This document shows, one piece after another, positions 36,060 through 43,515 of a stretch of DNA of 63,701 nucleotides. This DNA comes from Clostridia bacterium (lineage in GTDB: Bacteria; CBDUZB01; JAGLHV01). The translations under genes and the position numbers were made by a program. The notes below the pieces were generated by a model that was not told the DNA's origin, searched no databases, and saw only the letters and a list, made by a program, of their open reading frames with translations. Within the stretch, counting starts at the first letter, position 1. The number at the start of each line of letters is the position of its first letter. Location: NCBI GenBank assembly GCA_030637025.1, contig DAOVVV010000011.1, positions 1 to 63,701 on the forward strand, given 5' to 3'.

Positions 36060-36360
36060 GTTAAACTGATTTTTTTCCTTAAGACTTACTTTTCTTTTTT
36101 GTTCTTTCCTTTTTTTCCTTACAACTAATTTTTAGTTCCGATGATAATTTCTACTCTGCGGTTCTTAGCGCGTCCTGGAACTTGTTTTCTTGGAAGCTGT
36201 AGTTTTTATTTTGCCGAAACTTTTTACGGAAAAAGCTTCTGCAGATAAATTATTATCTTTTATTAAAGCTTGAAAAACAGTGTGTGCACGAGCTTGAGAA
36301 AGTTTTAAATTAGAAGAATAGAGACACTTGCTTCCTATGGGAACATTGTCGGTGTGTCTG
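36060..36360 (-). pseudogene. Duplication scar: 3' remnant of the OmpA gene and decayed start of the SpoIIE gene
   Basis: Aligns with 31860-32155 (HTDNVPIGSKCLYSSNLKLSQARA...). It is frameshifted near the end, and the following ATGAAAGAA has become AGGAAAGAA. Confidence 0.9.
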
Positions 36361-36361
36361 C

Positions 36362-38380
36362 TTATTCTAATTCTTTCAGTGTCTTTATTTTTGTTTCTGC
36401 TCTCTTTAAGTATTTCGCTGCTTTTTTGTGTCCGGGTTGAATAATTAAAGCTTTTTTCCATATTTTTTCTGCTTCTTTTAATTTATTTTCCCGGTAATAA
36501 ATGATTCCCTGAGCTAGATATGCTTCTAAACAAATATTTTTAATTTTTTGGTGTTGGGGAGTAAGTCGTAAAGCTTTTTCCCATAAAGTAATGGCTTCTA
36601 AATATTTACCTGCATTATATTTTTTAACTCCTTGTTGATGAAGTTTAGTGCTTTTTTCAATGAATTCTTTATTAGTTTTATTAATTGCGATTTGGGCTTT
36701 GGCATAAGTAGGAATGATTTCAAGCAGTCGAGTCCATTGGTTAATTGCTTCTTTGAATTTTTCGTTTTGATAAGAAAGCGTACCCTCTTGAAAAAGTTTA
36801 TTACCTAATTCTTCAAATAAACGGAAAACTTCTTTTTGTTCGGGGTCTAAATTTAATACCTGGTTCCATTTTCTTGCTGCAGAAAAGTAATTTTTTTTGC
36901 GGTAAAAATTTAAACCTTCTTTTATGTATTTTTGAATAATTTCTTTTTTAAGGGATAATTTTTGTTGTTTTATCTTGACTAATGCTTGGTGGATGTTTTC
37001 ATTTATTTGTGGATAATCGGGGTAAACCTTTACTATTTTTTCCCATTCTTTAATGGCTTGAGCATATTTTTCTTTTTGATATAGGTTTATTCCTTGCTGG
37101 AAGTAGTTATCTATTTTTTGTTTAATTGATTGGATAAATGCTTGGGCCTGTTTTTCATTCCGGTTTAAAATTAAAATATGCTGCCATTGCTTTTCGGCTT
37201 CTTTCCACAAAGAGTTTTTATAGTAAGAAGAAGCTTTTTTATAAATATTTTTTATTTCTATCTTTATTCGACCGTTGATGCTGCTTATGTACTGATGTGC
37301 TAATTCAGATCGGGGGACAAGCCTAAAAATTTTTTTAAAAATAATACGTGCTTCGGCAAGCCTTTTTTTCTGGTATAAATCTATTCCTTCTCTTAAGTAT
37401 GCAGTAACAACGGCCTGTTCTTTTTCAGTTAGAGGGTATTTATAAATAATTTCTTTTCCGAATTTTAAGGTTAAAGATATTTGGTGTGTTCCATACATCT
37501 CTTCAATTCCATAAAGAGGATAAGCAAAAGCATAGTCTATTTGAAATAAAGGATAATTCCAACTTATTCCACAGGTTAAATTTCTATATAAATGGTCTCC
37601 TGCCCCGATTCCACCTCTTATGCCTAATATTTTTTGAAAAATCCATTTTTCTCCCCCGGCATAAAATTTTAGACTATCATCCTTATAATGGGTATCTAAA
37701 CCTACATTAAAGACATCTTTTTTATAAGCAATACCCAGTTTGATACCCATAGGTGTACGTTCTTCTTCTTTTTCAAGTTCCATGTTAGGTTGATTGACAT
37801 CAGTTAAGATAAGGCCAAAAGAAAGAGTTTGAGTTGGTTTGTATAGGCCGCTAAGATCTATGCTGTAGTTACTAACCACTGACCCATTGCTGAAAAGAGG
37901 ATCTAGTTGGGTATAAGCATTTTCCCCATATTTTTTTGCCAGCCATTTTAAGTTTATTCCCCCGGCAAGGCGATTTTTATATAATCTTCTACCATAAGAG
38001 AGTATAATAGTGTCTTCCTGGTATAAGTCAGCCAGACTAAAATTTAACCATCCTATACCAATAGTTCCCCACGATAATCCTTCGGTCTTACCTTTTAAAG
38101 GCTGAGCATAAAAACAAAGGCTATTGACTAAATTGCTGTTATCGTCTAGTCCCCAGTGAATTTTTCCACAACTGGTACTAAGTTCTTTTTTGCTTAGTTG
38201 CGATAATCCGGCAGGATTGTAATAAATACTGTAAACATCATCACAAACAGCAACAAAATTTTTTGCTCTGCCAATGCAGCGTGCCCCTACACCTATTTTT
38301 TCGAAGTGAGCATAAAGATATGAATTACACAATAAACAAAGAATAGGGATTAAAAAATATTTAATTTTTGTTATTGTCAT
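36362..38380 (-). CDS. PorV/PorP-like outer-membrane beta-barrel with C-terminal TPR array (copy 2)
   Basis: Highly similar over its full length to 33949-35961. Likely start MTITK at 38380. Confidence 0.75.
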   Translation of the reverse strand: MTITKIKYFLIPILCLLCNSYLYAHFEKIGVGARCIGRAKNFVAVCDDVYSIYYNPAGLSQLSKKELSTSCGKIHWGLDDNSNLVNSLCFYAQPLKGKTEGLSWGTIGIGWLNFSLADLYQEDTIILSYGRRLYKNRLAGGINLKWLAKKYGENAYTQLDPLFSNGSVVSNYSIDLSGLYKPTQTLSFGLILTDVNQPNMELEKEEERTPMGIKLGIAYKKDVFNVGLDTHYKDDSLKFYAGGEKWIFQKILGIRGGIGAGDHLYRNLTCGISWNYPLFQIDYAFAYPLYGIEEMYGTHQISLTLKFGKEIIYKYPLTEKEQAVVTAYLREGIDLYQKKRLAEARIIFKKIFRLVPRSELAHQYISSINGRIKIEIKNIYKKASSYYKNSLWKEAEKQWQHILILNRNEKQAQAFIQSIKQKIDNYFQQGINLYQKEKYAQAIKEWEKIVKVYPDYPQINENIHQALVKIKQQKLSLKKEIIQKYIKEGLNFYRKKNYFSAARKWNQVLNLDPEQKEVFRLFEELGNKLFQEGTLSYQNEKFKEAINQWTRLLEIIPTYAKAQIAINKTNKEFIEKSTKLHQQGVKKYNAGKYLEAITLWEKALRLTPQHQKIKNICLEAYLAQGIIYYRENKLKEAEKIWKKALIIQPGHKKAAKYLKRAETKIKTLKELE

Positions 38381-38455
38381 TTTTTTCCTTTTTTGATTTA
38401 TCATTATAATGTTTGAATTTCAGTCAAAAGTTTAATGTTCTTCTTTGACCTATAT

Positions 38456-38743
38456 TTACTTTCTATTTTTAAAAAAATCCTTATTATTTAAGGAATTTTT
38501 AATTTCTTGCAGGGAACGGCGTCTTTCAAAAGGTGGCCTGATTTTATAAATTATTTTTAAGCTCGACTGTTTATTGTATAATCGGTAACCGGCCGGGGTT
38601 TTTGCTTCTATTTTAAGCAACCCGATGTCTGTATAATATCTAATAGTTGAAACCGGTACACCCGCTACTTTGGCCAGTTCTCCTATAGTTAAAAATCCCA
38701 ATTTTAAACGTTCTTCTTTGTTAGGCAAGTTTTTTTCCTCCAT
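38456..38743 (-). CDS. Small MerR-family HTH regulator
   Basis: LTIGELAKVAGVPVSTIRYYTDIGLL...T.AGYRLY...SLQEIK, with no effector domain. Confidence 0.85.
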   Translation of the reverse strand: MEEKNLPNKEERLKLGFLTIGELAKVAGVPVSTIRYYTDIGLLKIEAKTPAGYRLYNKQSSLKIIYKIRPPFERRRSLQEIKNSLNNKDFFKNRK

Positions 38744-38781
38744 AAACAAAAGCAAGCAGTATACTTCCTGCTTTCATAAAG

Positions 38782-38810
38782 AAGATAATACCATTTTCTT
38801 TTTTTGTCAA
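38782..38810 (-). promoter_or_regulatory. Sigma70-type promoter of the leftward locus
   Basis: TTGACA-17 nt-TATCTT on the minus strand. Confidence 0.6.
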
Positions 38811-38982
38811 GCTCCTTTTTATTTTAAGGCTTTTAAAATTAATCTTTGCTAAATTTTATAATTTTTCCGGGAGTTTTTCCCAAAACTTGTTTCTCATCGG
38901 AAAAAGTTGAATATAAAAATTATTTAAAATCACAAAATATCCGGATTGAAAATAAATCAGGAAACTTCACTAATTTTTCTAC

Positions 38983-39010
38983 TTGACAAACGGGGTTCTT
39001 GTGTTATACT
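38983..39010 (+). promoter_or_regulatory. Sigma70-type promoter upstream of riboswitch 2
   Basis: TTGACA-16 nt-TATACT with a TGn extension. Confidence 0.6.
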
Positions 39011-39057
39011 TAAGAGTGGAAAGATGGTAGATAGAAAAAGAAGTTAAAATGGTCTTC

Positions 39058-39146
39058 GAAAAAGGCAAATCTATCATTATTAGGGATAGAGACGCAAAGC
39101 CACGTGGTCTGCTATGTAAGTAATGGCGGATAGCCGGGCTACCGAA
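39058..39146 (+). ncRNA. Cyclic di-GMP-I (GEMM) riboswitch upstream of the flp/tad locus
   Basis: GGCAAA-TCTATC-loop-GATAGA-GACGCAAAGCCAC...GATAGCCGGGCTACCG. Confidence 0.85.
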
Positions 39147-39249
39147 GGGATATCACGAGTGTTCAGATTCTTGAACAGGGGGGGGGCAGTAAGCTTAAAA
39201 ACCGACCTTTCCGGGTGATCATCAGAAGGTAGTGCGGCTTTTTTCTTGC

Positions 39250-39278
39250 TTGACAAAAAAAGAAAAGAAGAGTATAAT
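39250..39278 (+). promoter_or_regulatory. Perfect consensus sigma70 promoter downstream of the riboswitch
   Basis: TTGACA-17 nt-TATAAT. Confidence 0.7.
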
Positions 39279-39358
39279 TCTAAAGTATATTGCAATTATA
39301 TAAATGACCGGATTACAGCATTGAAAAAAGGAATTATAGGAAAATTAGAGGAAAGAAA

Positions 39359-39526
39359 ATGAAACGGTGGAGAAATGTATTAAATAAGAAAGGCCAAGCT
39401 TTACTGGAATATCTGCTGGTTGTTGCTGTGGTGTCTTTGGGGATGATGACTATAGGTGTTAAGATGAAAAAATCTTTGGATGATTACTTTGACAAAATTT
39501 CTCAAAGAATGATAAATTGTAATTAA
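39359..39526 (+). CDS. flp: Flp-type pilin 1 (55 aa)
   Basis: MKRWRNVLNKKG|QALLEYLLVVAVV..., a class III signal with E+5/Y+6 and a hydrophobic helix. Confidence 0.8.
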   Translation: MKRWRNVLNKKGQALLEYLLVVAVVSLGMMTIGVKMKKSLDDYFDKISQRMINCN

Positions 39527-39555
39527 AATAGATTAAAAAAGAGAGAAGATAGTGA

Positions 39556-39708
39556 ATGAAAAAAGAAAAAATGCAGGGACAGAGTCTACTTGAGTATTTA
39601 GTTTTGGTAGGAGTGGTGGTATTAGGTTCTATCGCGGGGTTGAGTTATTTTAAAAATCAGATAACAGATAGTTTTAACACCGTAATAAATGCGATGACCG
39701 ATAAATAA
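39556..39708 (+). CDS. flp: Flp-type pilin 2 (50 aa)
   Basis: MKKEKMQG|QSLLEYLVLVGVVVLGSIAGLSYFKNQ... Confidence 0.8.
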   Translation: MKKEKMQGQSLLEYLVLVGVVVLGSIAGLSYFKNQITDSFNTVINAMTDK

Positions 39709-39755
39709 AAGAATAAAGAAGAATTAATTTTTAAAAAAAAGGGGGGGTGATTTTA

Positions 39756-39926
39756 GTGAGGATGTTAAATAAAAAGGGACAGAATGTAATAGAGTATATC
39801 TTGATAATTGCAGTATTAGCCGCAGGAATAATAATTGCGGGTAAGGCATTAAAAACTTATATAGAAGCGAATTCGGATCCGGCTGGCCATGAAGCGTCTG
39901 CAGAAACAGGAACAGGATCATTCTGA
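39756..39926 (+). CDS. flp: Flp-type pilin 3 (56 aa)
   Basis: GTG start after GGGGGTGA. MRMLNKKG|QNVIEYILIIAVLAAG... Confidence 0.8.
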   Translation: MRMLNKKGQNVIEYILIIAVLAAGIIIAGKALKTYIEANSDPAGHEASAETGTGSF

Positions 39927-39990
39927 GAAGAAGCAAGATAAATGTCGTAAGGCAGGTATCAATAAAAGTAAAGGGAAGGTGTTTTAAAAC

Positions 39991-40158
39991 TTGAATAAAA
40001 AAGGGCAAAATATTATAGAATATATATTAATTATTTCAGTAATTGCTGCCGGGATAGTTGTTGGCGTAAAAAACGCAAAGGACTATATGAAAGAGGAAGC
40101 ATCGGTTACTGTGCATGCTGATGAAGAGGGTTACTGGGGTAGCTGGAAAAGCAGATAG
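39991..40158 (+). CDS. flp: Flp-type pilin 4 (55 aa)
   Basis: TTG start after GGAAGGTG. MNKKG|QNIIEYILIISVIAAG... Confidence 0.75.
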   Translation: MNKKGQNIIEYILIISVIAAGIVVGVKNAKDYMKEEASVTVHADEEGYWGSWKSR

Positions 40159-40266
40159 GATAATTTAATTAAGTATATTAAGAGATGAAATATAATGTTT
40201 TGGCCTGGTTTTTCCGGTAGAATTAATTTGCGGGTGTAAAGAATAAAATAAAGGGAGGGGATAAAA

Positions 40267-40440
40267 ATGCTTAAGATGTTAAGGAAAAATAAGAAAGGGC
40301 AGTCGGCAATAGAATATGCGGTTATTTTAGGAGTAATGGCTATGGCAGCTGTTGTTATTATCAATATTATGAGAGCGGGTATCGAAACAGGGTATACCGG
40401 TATTGCTAACAGTATAGCCTCGTTTGGAGGGGACGATTGA
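40267..40440 (+). CDS. flp: Flp-type pilin 5 (57 aa)
   Basis: RBS GGGAGGGG. MLKMLRKNKKG|QSAIEYAVILGVM... Confidence 0.8.
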   Translation: MLKMLRKNKKGQSAIEYAVILGVMAMAAVVIINIMRAGIETGYTGIANSIASFGGDD

Positions 40441-40491
40441 GAAGTGAGGATAATTTACTTACTTATATTAAATAAAAGGAAGGTGATAAAT

Positions 40492-40671
40492 ATGTATAAA
40501 CGCAGAAAAAACAGAGGACAGAGTTTAGTAGAATACTTGGTTTTAATAGCAGTAGTAGTATTAGGTGCTATTGCCGGACTGAGTTATTTTAAAAATCAGG
40601 TTTCTGATGGCTATAATACTGCAGGAGACAAAATAAAGACATCAGTAGTCACAATAGATCCAAGTTTTTAA
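40492..40671 (+). CDS. flp: Flp-type pilin 6 (59 aa)
   Basis: RBS GGAAGGTG. MYKRRKNRG|QSLVEYLVLIAVVVLGAIAGLSYFKNQ... Confidence 0.85.
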   Translation: MYKRRKNRGQSLVEYLVLIAVVVLGAIAGLSYFKNQVSDGYNTAGDKIKTSVVTIDPSF

Positions 40672-40802
40672 CTAAGAACTTTACATTTTGTCAGGTACAA
40701 CGACAACAACAAAGATAGTAGAAAAAGATAATTGTAGTAATAACGGAATTGGTTAAAGAAATATAGATTTAGTAAAATATAGAACAAGGTTGATAGGTTT
40801 GA

Positions 40803-41297
40803 TTGAGTCATAGATTAAACTTTTCAATAAAGAGAAGCAGTGGAGTGATAGTATTGGTTAAGCAGAGAATGCATAATGTAAAGAAAATTTTGTTGTGTTT
40901 TTTTGTAATTATTTTAGTCAGGGAGGTGCTTCTCTACACGGGTGCAGGACAAATAGTGGGTGGGAAAGGAAAGAGATTTGTAATTTCTGCTACAGAAAAA
41001 TTAAAAGAAATGTTTAGTTTTTCTAATCATGTTTCTAAAGTAGATATTCCCAAAATAGAGAAACCGGAAGTACCCCGGATAGACATTATGCCTGTAGAAA
41101 AAGTGGATGTTTCCCAAATAAATGGCTTTCATGACCAAAAGCCGCAGATTCCAAAAGTAGATGTTTATAAGATAGAAAGGCCTTGGGTTCCCAAAGTAAA
41201 TATTTCTAAGCAGAAAAGATTTCGGTTTCCTAAAATAGATATTCCTAAGCAGGAAAGGACCCGGGTTCCCAAGGTGAATATTCCTAAAGTAAGGTAA
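40803..41297 (+). CDS. Membrane-anchored protein with PKV(D/N)IPK-type repeats
   Basis: One hydrophobic segment, then about six imperfect P-K/R-V/I-D/N-I/V repeats. The start is uncertain (possibly MHNVK). Confidence 0.55.
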   Translation: MSHRLNFSIKRSSGVIVLVKQRMHNVKKILLCFFVIILVREVLLYTGAGQIVGGKGKRFVISATEKLKEMFSFSNHVSKVDIPKIEKPEVPRIDIMPVEKVDVSQINGFHDQKPQIPKVDVYKIERPWVPKVNISKQKRFRFPKIDIPKQERTRVPKVNIPKVR

Positions 41298-41350
41298 AGT
41301 AAGAATATATCAGTGAAAGAGCAACAGTGGATGAAAAAGAGGTGAATAAT

Positions 41351-41740
41351 ATGTGGAGAAAAATGAAAGAAAAAAAAGGTCAAACTGTGATTGAATTTTT
41401 GTTGCTTTCTCCTTTGCTAATTTATTCTCTATTTTTACTGTTAGTTATTTGGGATGTATGTAATAATATTATTATTGCTAATCATGCTGCTTATTATTTT
41501 TGTCGGACTTTTGTAGTAGAAAGAAGCAAGGGGACATTAGCCACGCCAGCAATAGCGATCAATGCAGCAGCAGCGGTAATGCCTTCAGACTGGGATAGAA
41601 AGCATACTTTCCAGGAAGGACCGGAAGACGTAAGCGTAAGGATCGGGTATAAGTACCCTTTTCCCGCTATATTAGATTTTTTTAGCAGTGATGGGAGTTC
41701 TTGGCAAATTCGTGGTTATTGTTTGATGAGGAAGTTATAG
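41351..41740 (+). CDS. tadE: TadE-like pseudopilin
   Basis: RBS GAGGTG. MWRKMKEKKG|QTVIEFLLLSPLL...NHAAY..CR, and V.V.I.Y.Y near the C-terminus. Confidence 0.8.
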   Translation: MWRKMKEKKGQTVIEFLLLSPLLIYSLFLLLVIWDVCNNIIIANHAAYYFCRTFVVERSKGTLATPAIAINAAAAVMPSDWDRKHTFQEGPEDVSVRIGYKYPFPAILDFFSSDGSSWQIRGYCLMRKL

Positions 41741-41818
41741 AATAATAATTATTTTTTACGGATAAATTACTGTCATTGGTTTTTTTAATTTAAGCTTAAA
41801 ATCAGATTGATATTTTTG

Positions 41819-41857
41819 CTCACCTTATTTGAGTAAGGTGAGTATTATAATTATAAT
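41819..41857 (+). promoter_or_regulatory. Internal promoter with a palindrome centred on -35, upstream of cpaB
   Basis: TTGAGT (41829)-17 nt-TATAAT (41852). Inverted repeat CTCACCTTA-N6-TAAGGTGAG at 41819-41842. Confidence 0.5.
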
Positions 41858-41891
41858 AAGAAATTAAGATAATAACTAAGGAGGAAGGGCA

Positions 41892-42671
41892 ATGGGTGGA
41901 AAAGCAGGGTTGGTAATTGCTGCAATTGCGGGGATGTTGGCGGTAATGTTTAATGGGTGGTATTTGGCCAAGAAGGAAAGAGCATTAGAGCGGGGGTTAA
42001 TTAAAAGCCGAGTGGTAGTTGCTGTGAGAGATATACCTAAAAGGAGTGTAATTAAAACTAATATGTTAGGTTTTATGGAAATACCACAGAAGTATATCCA
42101 ACCCAAGGCAATTCGTGATCCGAAAGCAGCAGAAGGCTTGGTTAATTTAGTTCCTATTTCCCGGGGGATGCAGGTTTTGCAATCCAGTTTGGTCCCATTA
42201 AGTAAAGAAACAGGTTTATCGGTTAAAATTCCAATGGAAATGCGTGGGATTGTAACAAAGGCAGATACTAATTTATTGTCTTTAATTAACCCGGGGGATC
42301 ACTTAGATATTTTACTTACTTTGCCGGACCTTAATTATTCAGGGGATTGTGTTATTACCCGATTGCAAAATGTTATTGTGTTAAGTGTAGGAGAAGATTT
42401 TGGTAATGGAGGGAAAAAGGGAAATTTCTTCACTTTTGCTTTAACTCCGGAACAATGTCAGCTGTTTACTCTCGCTACAGGGGAAGGAAAAATTACTTAT
42501 ATTGTGCGTCCCTATAATGATGGTAAAATAAGTAATATAAAAAAGACTTCGCAACCTGCTCTTTATGAAAGGCAGAAAGTATCTGTAACTCCTAAAGTTG
42601 TGAGTGTAGGGGAGGATAGTAAACAAATAGAAAAAAAAGATGCGCTAAAAGTAGAAAAGGAGGGAAAGTGA
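41892..42671 (+). CDS. cpaB: Flp pilus assembly protein CpaB/RcpC
   Basis: TM helix, SAF domain (VVVAVRDIP), IP..MR, INPGDHLDIL, LQNVIVLSVG and ALTPEQ. Confidence 0.9.
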   Translation: MGGKAGLVIAAIAGMLAVMFNGWYLAKKERALERGLIKSRVVVAVRDIPKRSVIKTNMLGFMEIPQKYIQPKAIRDPKAAEGLVNLVPISRGMQVLQSSLVPLSKETGLSVKIPMEMRGIVTKADTNLLSLINPGDHLDILLTLPDLNYSGDCVITRLQNVIVLSVGEDFGNGGKKGNFFTFALTPEQCQLFTLATGEGKITYIVRPYNDGKISNIKKTSQPALYERQKVSVTPKVVSVGEDSKQIEKKDALKVEKEGK

Positions 42672-43492
42672 AAAGGGGAATAGTTAAGATAGCCGGAAAA
42701 TTTTTTTTAGGTTTTATCCTTTTGCAAGGATATGGATTGTTTGGAGAACCGCTTTTTGTTTGTAGTGCAAAACAGATGATAGAAGTAAGTGTTGATGCAA
42801 TAGAAATAACGGAAACAAATCTTAAAAAGTTAGGAGTAGAGTGGATAGATGCTTTTAGTTTTGAAGAAGGCAGTATCCCTTCTATTTTGACTGAAGATGG
42901 TAAAAGTCGAGAGCTTAGCGGTTTTAGCGGTAATCAGACGGGGTTACCTTATGATGTCTACAAAATAGGAAAAATGTTTAGAACAACTCCTTTTATGGGT
43001 ACACTCCATGCTTTAATTAACAATAATGAAGCTCGTCTTTTAGCCAATCCTAAATTAGTTACTGAAAGTGGTTCGAATGCCCATTTTTTAGTGGGGGGGG
43101 AAATTCCTTATGTTTATTACACAGAGGATGAAGTTATTATTGAATGGAAAGAATATGGAGTAGCTTTAGACGTACAACCTGAAGTTGTTGATAAGGTAAC
43201 TATTAGAGCAAAGATGAAAGTCGAAGTTGTGGAAATAGGGGATTGGTATACTTATGGAATTTTTCGCCTGCCTTCTTTTACCAAACGGGAAATGAGCAAT
43301 AGAGTAATGATTAAAAATAAAGAAACATTGGTTATTGCCGGTTTAAAAAAATCCGCAAAGGTAAGTGGTAAAAGAAGGGTTCCTTTATTAGGATATATTC
43401 CTATTATTGGAGATTTATTTTTCACTTATGCAGATACTAAAGACGTAAAAAGTTCATTGGTTATGTTTGTAACGTTTAAAATAATAAGATAA
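42668..43492 (+). CDS. cpaC: Minimal type II/III secretin (CpaC/RcpA-like)
   Basis: ARLLANPKLVTESG..A.FLVGGEIP, EWKEYGV.L, LVIAGL and VPLLG.IPIIG.LF motifs. No N-domains. Confidence 0.8.
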   Translation: MKRGIVKIAGKFFLGFILLQGYGLFGEPLFVCSAKQMIEVSVDAIEITETNLKKLGVEWIDAFSFEEGSIPSILTEDGKSRELSGFSGNQTGLPYDVYKIGKMFRTTPFMGTLHALINNNEARLLANPKLVTESGSNAHFLVGGEIPYVYYTEDEVIIEWKEYGVALDVQPEVVDKVTIRAKMKVEVVEIGDWYTYGIFRLPSFTKREMSNRVMIKNKETLVIAGLKKSAKVSGKRRVPLLGYIPIIGDLFFTYADTKDVKSSLVMFVTFKIIR

Positions 43493-43515
43493 ATAAAAGG
43501 AAGTAAATTAAAGAA

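Noticed and set aside
36165-36461. 98-aa ORF or programmed frameshift adding OmpA to barrel copy 2
   Set aside because: Only a partial, further frameshifted OmpA fragment is present, which is explained by the duplication scar.
33949-38380. Classical fimbrial usher
   Set aside because: The barrel region is only about 300 aa with a PorV/FadL-like N-terminal motif, far smaller than an usher and lacking plug and CTD domains.
39724-40364. Minus-strand ORFs 39724-40008 and 40131-40364 (and 39080-39295)
   Set aside because: They are antisense to the flp genes or the riboswitch, which have clear motifs.
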